This document shows, piece after piece, positions 43,864 through 52,055 of a stretch of DNA of 64,000 nt. A program made the position numbers and the translations under genes. The notes beneath the pieces are model-generated. The model searched no databases and was not told the origin of the DNA. It was given only the letters and a program-made list of their open reading frames with translations. Location of the stretch: positions 3,004 through 67,003 of the forward strand of contig CAIWJG010000631.1 of assembly GCA_903912925.1 (NCBI GenBank), in the 5' to 3' direction. Numbering within the stretch: position 1 is the stretch's first letter; each line of letters opens with the position of its first letter. The stretch is from an uncultured Verrucomicrobia subdivision 3 bacterium. Lineage in GTDB: Bacteria; Verrucomicrobiota; Verrucomicrobiia; Limisphaerales; UBA8199.

Positions 43864-46038
43864 ATGAAGTTTCTTTTCGTGCCCATGATGGTGTTGCTCA
43901 ACCTCGTATTGGCAGGGGCTGCCGAAACCCCCACGCCCTGGCCGCCGGGTGCCGCAGATTTCGCGGCTCGGATCGCGCGCAATTATTGGTATCTCTTTGG
44001 TGAGGAGAAGCGCGCCGACCTCGATACGATCAACCGCGACTTGCGTCAAGCTGCGCAGCAACTCGGCAAAGCTGATAATGATCAGGCCCGCCGTGCTGCC
44101 ACCGGGCGCGGCACGACCGCAGTCTGCCGGTTACTCGAACATGTGCAAGCCTGCCCTGGACTGATCCGCGTTGATCTTACAGGATCGCACCCCCGAATCA
44201 CACCCACCGGCCCCTTCGCAATGCCCGGAGATACGGGAGCCTTGATCTTCCAAGTTCTATCCGGTGACCAAGGTTTGAGCTACAGCACGACGGTTTTTGA
44301 CCTGTCGCTGCCACCGGGGGAATCGAGCCTCGCGACGCTGGATGTGTCTGCAAATGGAACGAATTATGCCGTGCTGGGGCTTGAACATCTCCCCTTCGGC
44401 CGCACAACCTTGGGGATTGAATTCCGGCGATCAGGCCAACCACCAATTCGGTTCGCCCTCGATGTCACCACTCCCCCGCCGGGGCATCTCAAGCTTACCG
44501 TGCTTTCCGACGATACGGGCCGCCCCGTGCCGGCTATGGTGCGGCTCTTGTGGCGCACTGACGGAGTCTCGCGCCAACCCGGTAACGGCATCGAGTTCGC
44601 CCCGCAGTTTGACAAACAGGGCAAAGCCAGCGGCGCGCGCAACGCCAATCTGCCCGGCCCGCTTGCCGATTCCTTCTGGTGTGTGCCAGGGCCCTTCGAC
44701 ATGGCTTTGGCGCCCGGAAAGTGGCAGATCGGCGTGCGCCGTGGCGTCGAGCACCAGGCCGTCTTCGAAGATATCACCATCGCCTCCGGCCAGACAATCG
44801 CGCGAACCTTCCGCCCTCACCGCTGGGTGGACATGCGCAAGCGGGGCTGGTGGTCGGGGGATGATCACGTCCACTGCCGGATTCTCTCGGACGAGGATGC
44901 GCGTCACTTGATGCACTGGGTCCAGGCCGAGGATGTGCATCTCGCCAACATCGTCAAGATGGGCGACATCTACCGCACTTACTTCGAGCAACGCGGCTTC
45001 GGCCCAACCTACCGTTTTGTGGACGGGGAATTCGTCCTGACCCCCGGCCAGGAATGCCCCCGCACCCATGATCAGATTGGCCATACGCTAGCCATGAACA
45101 TCACCAGTATGGTCCGCGACACGGAACGTTACTTTCTCTACGATGAGGTTTTCGATGCTGTGCATGCGCAGGGCGGCCTCACCGGCTACGCCCACGTCAA
45201 CTCAGGCATCTTCCACGTCCACCGCGACATGAGCCTCAATGTGCCGCGAGAGAAAGTGGACTTCGTGGAGATTCTCCAGTTCAACCAACTCGGCACCGAT
45301 CTTTACTACGAGTTCCTCAATCTCGGGTGCAAGCTGACCGCTTCGTCCGGCTCGGACGTGCCGTGGGGCGGCACCATTGGCGAAGGCCGGGCCTACGCTT
45401 ACCTGGGCAAAAAGCCGTTCTCGGCCGATGCCTGGTTCGAGGCGTTCCGCCGGGGACACACCTTCACCACCAGCGGGCCGATGCTGGATTTCCGCGTAGA
45501 TAACGCGCTGCCCGGCGATGAACTCCGGCTCAAGTCAGACCGCAGACTTCGCATCCGCGCGCGGGCCTGGGGTGATCCCAAACGCATGGCGCCGGTGCGG
45601 CTGGAGATAGTTCGGCATGGAGAAGTAATTCGCTCGGCCGAGTCCGACAATCCGGAACGGCCCGAGGTCGTTCTCGATTTCACCGTGGACTCAGGCTACG
45701 GCTGCTGGCTCGCCGCCCGCGCACGTGCAGTCGATGGCACCAGCGCCCACACGACGCCCGTCTATGTCGTGCGCGAGGGCTTGCGTTTTTGGAAGTTTGA
45801 CGAGCTCGAGCCGCTTCTGGAGAAGCGGGAATCGAGCCTTGGCCAAATCGAACAGATCGTCGCGGAGGCGCGCCGCGACAACGCCGAGGGCAAGCTGGAG
45901 CAGGACCGCTGCCGCAAACAGCTCGCGCTGCAAGGCGACCTGCTGCTCGATCGCGTCGCGCAGGCACGAAAGCTCTACCAGGACCTGCACCGAGTGGCAG
46001 ATGCCGAACGCGCGGAACGAGGTGTTCCCAGGCGCTGA
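43864..46038 (+). CDS. CehA/McbA-family (PHP-like) metallohydrolase, secreted
   Basis: Signal peptide MKFLFVPMMVLLNLVLAGAA. WWSGDDHVHCRILSDED, GYAHVN, ASSGSDVPWG. An alternative ATG lies at 43834. Confidence 0.75.
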   Translation: MKFLFVPMMVLLNLVLAGAAETPTPWPPGAADFAARIARNYWYLFGEEKRADLDTINRDLRQAAQQLGKADNDQARRAATGRGTTAVCRLLEHVQACPGLIRVDLTGSHPRITPTGPFAMPGDTGALIFQVLSGDQGLSYSTTVFDLSLPPGESSLATLDVSANGTNYAVLGLEHLPFGRTTLGIEFRRSGQPPIRFALDVTTPPPGHLKLTVLSDDTGRPVPAMVRLLWRTDGVSRQPGNGIEFAPQFDKQGKASGARNANLPGPLADSFWCVPGPFDMALAPGKWQIGVRRGVEHQAVFEDITIASGQTIARTFRPHRWVDMRKRGWWSGDDHVHCRILSDEDARHLMHWVQAEDVHLANIVKMGDIYRTYFEQRGFGPTYRFVDGEFVLTPGQECPRTHDQIGHTLAMNITSMVRDTERYFLYDEVFDAVHAQGGLTGYAHVNSGIFHVHRDMSLNVPREKVDFVEILQFNQLGTDLYYEFLNLGCKLTASSGSDVPWGGTIGEGRAYAYLGKKPFSADAWFEAFRRGHTFTTSGPMLDFRVDNALPGDELRLKSDRRLRIRARAWGDPKRMAPVRLEIVRHGEVIRSAESDNPERPEVVLDFTVDSGYGCWLAARARAVDGTSAHTTPVYVVREGLRFWKFDELEPLLEKRESSLGQIEQIVAEARRDNAEGKLEQDRCRKQLALQGDLLLDRVAQARKLYQDLHRVADAERAERGVPRR

Positions 46039-46057
46039 GCGCCCCTGGGGCCGGAAC

Positions 46058-46262
46058 AGGGCTGCTCTAAGGTTCTCCCGTTCCCAGCAAGCAGTTCCCT
46101 GTAGGCCGCGTGCCCCCACGCGGCGTTCGGGCTCAAATCCGAAGCTCGAAAACCGAAAAGGGCCAGCCACCCTGGGGGCGGTGTTTCGGTGTTTCGGTAT
46201 TGGGTGTTGGATGTTTCGGTGTTTCGGTGCTTCGGTTTTCGGATTTAGTCAGAGCGCCCCCG
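46058..46262. repeat. Hairpin element H5 (ggtgtttc 8-mer arm; shares a module with H4)
   Basis: The left module gggctgctctaaggttctcccgttcccagcaagcagttc equals the reverse complement of the H4 right module at about 35 of 39 nt (hand count). aaatccgaagctcgaaaaccgaaa pairs with cttcggttttcggattt. Right arm ggtgtttcggtgtttcggtattgggtgttggatgtttcggtgtttcggtgcttcgg. Confidence 0.8.
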
Positions 46263-46300
46263 CAAGAGCGATTTGTTTGCCAGACCGGACGGCAACGGTG

Positions 46301-49165
46301 ATGGCGCTCACTCATCTACAAGACAGGCCTTGCATTGCAGCAAAGTCAGTCAGAAAATTGGTGCCAATGAACCAGATCGAGAAGCAATTACCCAGGAGGG
46401 AGGATCAGGCTGCTAACTTGACAAGGCGCTCCGTTGCCTGGGCCCAACCCAATCAGTCAGCGGCTCTGCCAGCGGGACCAGTTAAATTGCCGGAACGATT
46501 GAGCCGTCGGGACTTTCTTTCGCGAGTGGGTGCTGGCGCCGCGCTGGCGCTGCCGCTCCTGCATCTGCCGCTGTTGGCCCAGAACCTCAAAGATGGCGGT
46601 GCCCCCATTGCGGAGCCTCACTTCCCCAATCGGTTGTTTCTCTTTGTCTGGCGCAACTGGGAACTCGCCAACACGGACCGCCTGGCCAAGGTGCTCAAGA
46701 CCCGCGAGAAGTCAGTCCTCAAACTCGGCGCCATGCTGGGCCTGCCAGCGAAGCCCCAGCTCACCGAGGACCAATTACGCCGCATCTACATCACGGTGAT
46801 TCGTCAGAATTGGCATGTGCTGCCGCATGAGCAATTGATCGAACTGCTGGGCTGGGATCGGGCGCGGTATGAATTCACGCTCAAGGAGGACGATTTTCTC
46901 TGGAGCAAGCTCGGCCTGGGGGTAAAGCCGAGGTGCGAATGGCTGCGCTATGCGGAGCCCTCCGCGAACGCAATTCAGCGCGCCGCCGAGATCAGGCTTA
47001 CCGTCCATGAGTTCTTCGGGGCCAATTTTGCCAAGCGTGGCGAGGCTCCGTTTCATTTCATCACGGAATTGTCGAGCACTCAGCCGGCAGTTTGCCTCAC
47101 TCCCAGAACCCGGCCCTCCGCAGGTGAATTCGCCCTGAGGGGATGCACGGTTCTTGATCCCGAGTCGCCAGTTGCCCAGGCGCTCGTCCGTAATTGGCTT
47201 GGCTATTTGCAGTCCACGTACGGAACAAAACTGAAGATGACCGCCCGGTCCTCCGGCGTTGGCGCTCGAACCATTCGGTTCGCAATTGCACCGGGGCGCA
47301 AGGGCGAGGAAAGCTTCCAAGTCAATTGCGGGGACGAGGGCCTGAGCGTAGCCGCCTCAAATCCCGCCAGTCTTCGCCAGGCCATCTATCATTTGCAGGA
47401 CTTGTGCGAGGAGCACGAGGGGCCACTGCTGCCGCGAGGCACCTGGCACCGCACCCGACGCGTGACCCCAAGTTACATCTATCCTTACTTTGCTCTCTAT
47501 GGCGATCCGCTGTTGGATCGGAGCATTGATCCGTTTCCGGAGGGCTATCTGGAGAAGCTCGGGCGCCGCGGTGTTGATGGAGTTTGGATACAAGCCGTGC
47601 TGCGCAACCTGGCGCCTTCTCGCATTTTCCCGGAGTTCGGCGACCAGTGGCAAGTTCGCCTGGAGAATCTCCGCCGCTTCGTGCAACGCGCAAACGCATA
47701 CGGATTGAAGATCTACCTCTACATCAACGAGCCCAGACCGATGTCCCGCGAGTTCTTTGAAAAGCATCCGGAAATGCGCGGAACGAGTTACGCCGGGGCT
47801 CCCGACGTAGCCCAGGAATTCGCGGTCTGCACCAGTGTCCCGCGAGTCAGAACCTGGCTGAGCGAAAGCCTCACCCATGTCTTCACGCAGGTGCCTGAAC
47901 TCGGCGGCATTTTCTGCATCACGGCGTCGGAAAACCTGACGAACTGTTTTGCCCACGGGCAGGCTCAGCATTGTCCCAAGTGCTCGAAGCGGCAAGGCTG
48001 GGAGGTGGTGACCGAATTGCTGGAAACCTTCAGCGAGGCGGTGCATAAAGCCAGCCCGACGGCAGAAGTCATTGCGTGGGATTGGGGCTGGGGTTGGGTG
48101 CCGAACGGCGCCGACGCCGGACAAACCATCGCGCACATGCCCAAGGGTGTGCAGTTGCTCAGCGTGAGCGAATGGGGCAAGCCCTATACTCGCGGCGGAG
48201 TGCCTCTGTCAGTGGCGGAGTATTCCATTTCCGTTGTCGGCCCGGGGGCCAATGCGCTGGATCACTGGCGAGTGGCCCGCGAGCACAAAGTTCCGGCCTT
48301 GGCCAAGGTCCAATTCAACAATACCTGGGAAATCTCGGCGGTGCCCTACATCCCCGTGCCAAACCTGATCCAGCAGCACATGGAAAACCTGCTGGCTGAA
48401 GACGTCAGTGGGCTGATGCTGTCCTGGACACTCGGGGGGTATCCGTCGCCCAACCTCGAAGTCGCCAAGGAGTATTACTACTCACCCGAACCCGCAGGGA
48501 AAGAGGTATTGGAGCGAGTCGCACGACGCAGGTATGGGGCCGGCGCCGCGCCCCACATTCTCTCCGCGTGGGAATGCTTCAGTACTGCGTTCGAGGAGTT
48601 TCCTTACGGAGTGGTTGCGGGATACAGCATTCCCACCCAACATGGCCCGTCAAATTTGCTGCGCCTGAAACCCACCGGATACAGCGCGGCAATGATTCTC
48701 TTTCCCTACGACGATCTGACAAAGTGGCTGGGACCCTATTCGCCTGCGACCGCGCAGCAGCAGTTCGAGAAGCTGGCCCAACTTTGGGAGGGAGGCTTGC
48801 AGCATTTCCGCCAGGCACTACCGCTCATTCCCAAGGAAAAAGCGCTTTCGGCGCGCAAGGATCTGGGAATTGCGGAAACCTGCTGGCTCCATTACCGGTC
48901 GGTGGCAAACCAAATCCGCTTCTATAGCCTGCGAGCCCAACTTGGAACAGCATCACCGGCCCCCGCAAGCCAGATCAATGAAATGAAGCAGATTGCGCGG
49001 AGTGAAATGAAACTGGCGCGCCAGCTCTATTCCATAGCCCGGCAGGACTCGACAATTGGATACGAGGCTTCCAACCACTACTATTACCGCCCCCTGGATC
49101 TGGCGGAGAAAGTCCTCAACTGCGAATACCTTATCCGGTGTTTGGATGCTGGATTACAGAGTTGA
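46301..49165 (+). CDS. Tat-exported TIM-barrel glycoside-hydrolase-like protein, unclassified; paralog of 61122..63527
   Basis: Twin-arginine signal LSRRDFLSRVGAGAALALPLL. Possible starts are ATG 46301, ATG 46367 and TTG 46499. GVDGVWIQAVL...GLKIYLYINEP...ITASENLTNCFAHGQAQHCPKCS aligns with the paralog. Confidence 0.8.
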   Translation: MALTHLQDRPCIAAKSVRKLVPMNQIEKQLPRREDQAANLTRRSVAWAQPNQSAALPAGPVKLPERLSRRDFLSRVGAGAALALPLLHLPLLAQNLKDGGAPIAEPHFPNRLFLFVWRNWELANTDRLAKVLKTREKSVLKLGAMLGLPAKPQLTEDQLRRIYITVIRQNWHVLPHEQLIELLGWDRARYEFTLKEDDFLWSKLGLGVKPRCEWLRYAEPSANAIQRAAEIRLTVHEFFGANFAKRGEAPFHFITELSSTQPAVCLTPRTRPSAGEFALRGCTVLDPESPVAQALVRNWLGYLQSTYGTKLKMTARSSGVGARTIRFAIAPGRKGEESFQVNCGDEGLSVAASNPASLRQAIYHLQDLCEEHEGPLLPRGTWHRTRRVTPSYIYPYFALYGDPLLDRSIDPFPEGYLEKLGRRGVDGVWIQAVLRNLAPSRIFPEFGDQWQVRLENLRRFVQRANAYGLKIYLYINEPRPMSREFFEKHPEMRGTSYAGAPDVAQEFAVCTSVPRVRTWLSESLTHVFTQVPELGGIFCITASENLTNCFAHGQAQHCPKCSKRQGWEVVTELLETFSEAVHKASPTAEVIAWDWGWGWVPNGADAGQTIAHMPKGVQLLSVSEWGKPYTRGGVPLSVAEYSISVVGPGANALDHWRVAREHKVPALAKVQFNNTWEISAVPYIPVPNLIQQHMENLLAEDVSGLMLSWTLGGYPSPNLEVAKEYYYSPEPAGKEVLERVARRRYGAGAAPHILSAWECFSTAFEEFPYGVVAGYSIPTQHGPSNLLRLKPTGYSAAMILFPYDDLTKWLGPYSPATAQQQFEKLAQLWEGGLQHFRQALPLIPKEKALSARKDLGIAETCWLHYRSVANQIRFYSLRAQLGTASPAPASQINEMKQIARSEMKLARQLYSIARQDSTIGYEASNHYYYRPLDLAEKVLNCEYLIRCLDAGLQS

Positions 49166-49221
49166 ATTGGTCTGTTCTTCCCGGCTGCCTTGAGTTGAAA
49201 GGCTCGACCTTGAGCCGGGCG

Positions 49222-51987
49222 TCAGCCGCGTGGTTGGCGCCGCTCCACCCTGAAGCTATAGCTGCCCGGTTCGGCTGAAAAGACTACCCGGCCGCTTTCC
49301 ACGCGCAGAAACTTCAGGCCTGCCGACTGCCTCGCGGGCTTGCCACCTTCGCTCACGTCCCCGGCCTGGACCGCCGGCACGAAAACGGTGGCCGTCGTAT
49401 TGGGCGGAATGGTTACGTTCATCGTGAGCCGGCTGCCGTCGCGCCGCCACTCGCTAACGATGCGACCGTGCAAGGTTTCGTGGTGCGCCTTGACCCATCT
49501 CAGGTCGTTGGCTGTCTCGGGCTTGATAAGGATGCGCTTGAAGCCCGGTGCGGAGGGGTCCCGGCGAATGCCCGCCAGCGAGTGATAGAACCAGGTGCCG
49601 ATCGGGCCTTGCAGCGATGGCATCTGCACGAGACCGCCGTTCCAATCCTCCTTCATCACGGTGTTGCCGCGGTTGAGGATCGCGTCAATAAAGCTCGGAT
49701 GATTGGTTTGGGTGGCAATGCTCCAGGCGAGTTCCGGCAGGCCGAGATCAGTAAGGCCTTGCAGCAGCAGGGGAGTCCCCACAAAGCCAGTGGTGAGATG
49801 ATGGTCATCCTTCGCCACCCGCTCGGCCAGACGCCGGAGCACGAGGTCGCGTTTCTCGTCCGGCACCAGGCCGAAGAACAAGGACACGAGTTGACAAGTT
49901 TGACTGCCGCTGGCGTAGTCGCCGGTTTCAGGATTGAAGAATTGGCGGTTGTAGGCGGCGCCGATTCCCGCCGCGGCGGTGGAGAATCGCTTCGCCTCAT
50001 CGGGTTTTCCAAGCAATGTGGCGGTGTCGCGCAGGATGCACGCGAACCAATAATACGCGCACGTCGAAGTAAGTGGGACGGGCGTCCGCTTGGGCCGCAC
50101 GCTGCCGACTTCCATCCAGTCGCCAAGTCCCCAGCGCACGATGCCATTGGTGGCGATGCTGCTAAGATAGCCGAACTGCGCCTTCATCGCGGGGTAACTT
50201 TCCGCCAGAATCTCCCGGTCGCCGTAGAACTCGTAGAGCCACCATGGGGCATAAACCACGCAACCGCCCCACCACGGGCCGTTGATCGTCGGGCCGTCGA
50301 AACGGCCGGGTGCGACCGGCGGCATGTAGCCGTTGGCATGAATGATGTCCAGGAAGTCCCGCTGCCATTTCACGTACATCGCCGCAGAGTTGAAGTTGTA
50401 AACGGTTTCGAAAAAGCCGCTCTCGATATCCTGCGTCCAGCCCGCCTTCTCGCGTGTCGGGTCGTTCGGAATATGAACAACGTAGTTCTGCACCGTGCGC
50501 AGCAGAATCTCCTGGAGCTTATTCAGCCGCTCGTCAGAACAGGCAAAGCCGCCCGCCGGCTCAAGATCCGTGCATACCACCTGACCAGCGCAATCCCCCG
50601 CAGCCGGTTCGTAATCCAGCCCCGTCACGTCCACGTAACGATACCCGGCATAACAAAAGCGTGGCTCGAATGTCTCAAAGCCATCGCCCCTAAAGATGTA
50701 TTTGCTCGTCTGGTAGCGTCCCAGCGTGTGCGAGTCCGAGCCGGGCAGGTAGATGGTGATTTCCTGGCCGCGCTTACCCTTGGCGCGCAGCTTCGCCCAA
50801 CCGACTGTTTCCACGCCGAGGTCAAAACGCCAAGCGTTCCCCTCCTTTTTCACGCTCACAGCGGGAAGTTGTTTCACCTTACGCACGGGACGGAGTTGCT
50901 CGCTGACGAGGCGGCCCTCGGGTGCAGCCGCGGATTTAGCCGGTTTCCAACTCGAGTCGTTGAAGCCCGCGTCAGCCCAGCCGGGCATTTCCTGCCGCGC
51001 ATCGTAAGTCTCGCCCGCGAGTATGGAGTTGAAGCGAATCGGACCGTCGGTCGTAAATTTCCAGCTCTCATCGCTGCCGATGAACGAGTGCGAGCCGTCG
51101 ATGAATTCGATGTCTAGGTCGAGGCGCAATTGCGGAGGAGCGATGTAATCGGCCGCGTAATAGCGCAGCGTGTGCGGGATGACGAGATTGAACCAGCCGT
51201 TGCCAAGCACGACGCCCAGGGCATTACGGCCCGCCTGAACCGCGGCGGTTACGTCGTGGGTTAGGTAGAACACCCGCTTCTGGTAATCGGTGAAGGCCGG
51301 ATCAAGCTGGCGATCGCCGATGCGCTGACCGTTGACGTAAAGCTCGTACAGGCCAAGCCCGGAAACTGAAACCGTCGCGCGTCGAACCCGTTTTGGTGCC
51401 TCGAATTCCTTGCGCAGCCAGACGGCCGGGGCGTTAGAAACGGCGGCGGTCATCTCCCGAATCTTTTTGCTTAGGGCCCACATCTCCTTCTCGGGCTCCA
51501 TGCCGAAATCCGGCAGTGCGCGGAGCGACTTCTGGTAATCCAACAGCTCCAGATCCGAAGCGATCCACCGGCCGTGCCAGTCGGATTCGAAAAGCAGGCC
51601 CATTGACCACGCCGCGTTCGTACTCCAATCCGAACCTCGCCTGCGCTGATCCCAAACGCGCACCTTCCAGAAACAGGGCTGGCGGCTCACCAGCGCTTTG
51701 CCGGCATAAGGGAGGAATGTCGCCTGGCCGGTCTTGACCTTGCCGGAGTCCCAGAGGTCGCCTTGGTCGCGGCGCAGCAGTTCTTCAGTGCTCGCGACGA
51801 GAACGTGATACGCCGTTTGGCGCGCACCGCGGTCGTCACCAGCCAGTTTCCAGAAAAGCCGCGGTTTGGCTGAATCAATGCCGAGCGGGTTGGCACTGTA
51901 TTCGCAGCGGAGATCAATAGGGTCTGCGCTGCTCGCCACAGCGCAGGCGCTCAGCCAGCAGAAGAGGAAAGGAAGGATCGGCCGCAT
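49222..51987 (-). CDS. GH78 alpha-L-rhamnosidase
   Basis: ATG 51987 gives MRPILPFLFCWLSACAVASSA. DLRCEYSANPLGIDSAKPRLFWKL is the classic GH78 N-terminus, and the ~920-aa length fits. Confidence 0.9.
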   Translation of the reverse strand: MRPILPFLFCWLSACAVASSADPIDLRCEYSANPLGIDSAKPRLFWKLAGDDRGARQTAYHVLVASTEELLRRDQGDLWDSGKVKTGQATFLPYAGKALVSRQPCFWKVRVWDQRRRGSDWSTNAAWSMGLLFESDWHGRWIASDLELLDYQKSLRALPDFGMEPEKEMWALSKKIREMTAAVSNAPAVWLRKEFEAPKRVRRATVSVSGLGLYELYVNGQRIGDRQLDPAFTDYQKRVFYLTHDVTAAVQAGRNALGVVLGNGWFNLVIPHTLRYYAADYIAPPQLRLDLDIEFIDGSHSFIGSDESWKFTTDGPIRFNSILAGETYDARQEMPGWADAGFNDSSWKPAKSAAAPEGRLVSEQLRPVRKVKQLPAVSVKKEGNAWRFDLGVETVGWAKLRAKGKRGQEITIYLPGSDSHTLGRYQTSKYIFRGDGFETFEPRFCYAGYRYVDVTGLDYEPAAGDCAGQVVCTDLEPAGGFACSDERLNKLQEILLRTVQNYVVHIPNDPTREKAGWTQDIESGFFETVYNFNSAAMYVKWQRDFLDIIHANGYMPPVAPGRFDGPTINGPWWGGCVVYAPWWLYEFYGDREILAESYPAMKAQFGYLSSIATNGIVRWGLGDWMEVGSVRPKRTPVPLTSTCAYYWFACILRDTATLLGKPDEAKRFSTAAAGIGAAYNRQFFNPETGDYASGSQTCQLVSLFFGLVPDEKRDLVLRRLAERVAKDDHHLTTGFVGTPLLLQGLTDLGLPELAWSIATQTNHPSFIDAILNRGNTVMKEDWNGGLVQMPSLQGPIGTWFYHSLAGIRRDPSAPGFKRILIKPETANDLRWVKAHHETLHGRIVSEWRRDGSRLTMNVTIPPNTTATVFVPAVQAGDVSEGGKPARQSAGLKFLRVESGRVVFSAEPGSYSFRVERRQPRG

Positions 51988-52055
51988 AAGATTTCTTGTG
52001 TTCAATTTCTACCAGGCGCGCCTACTTACGATCGGCGACTAATCTGTTATCCGGG

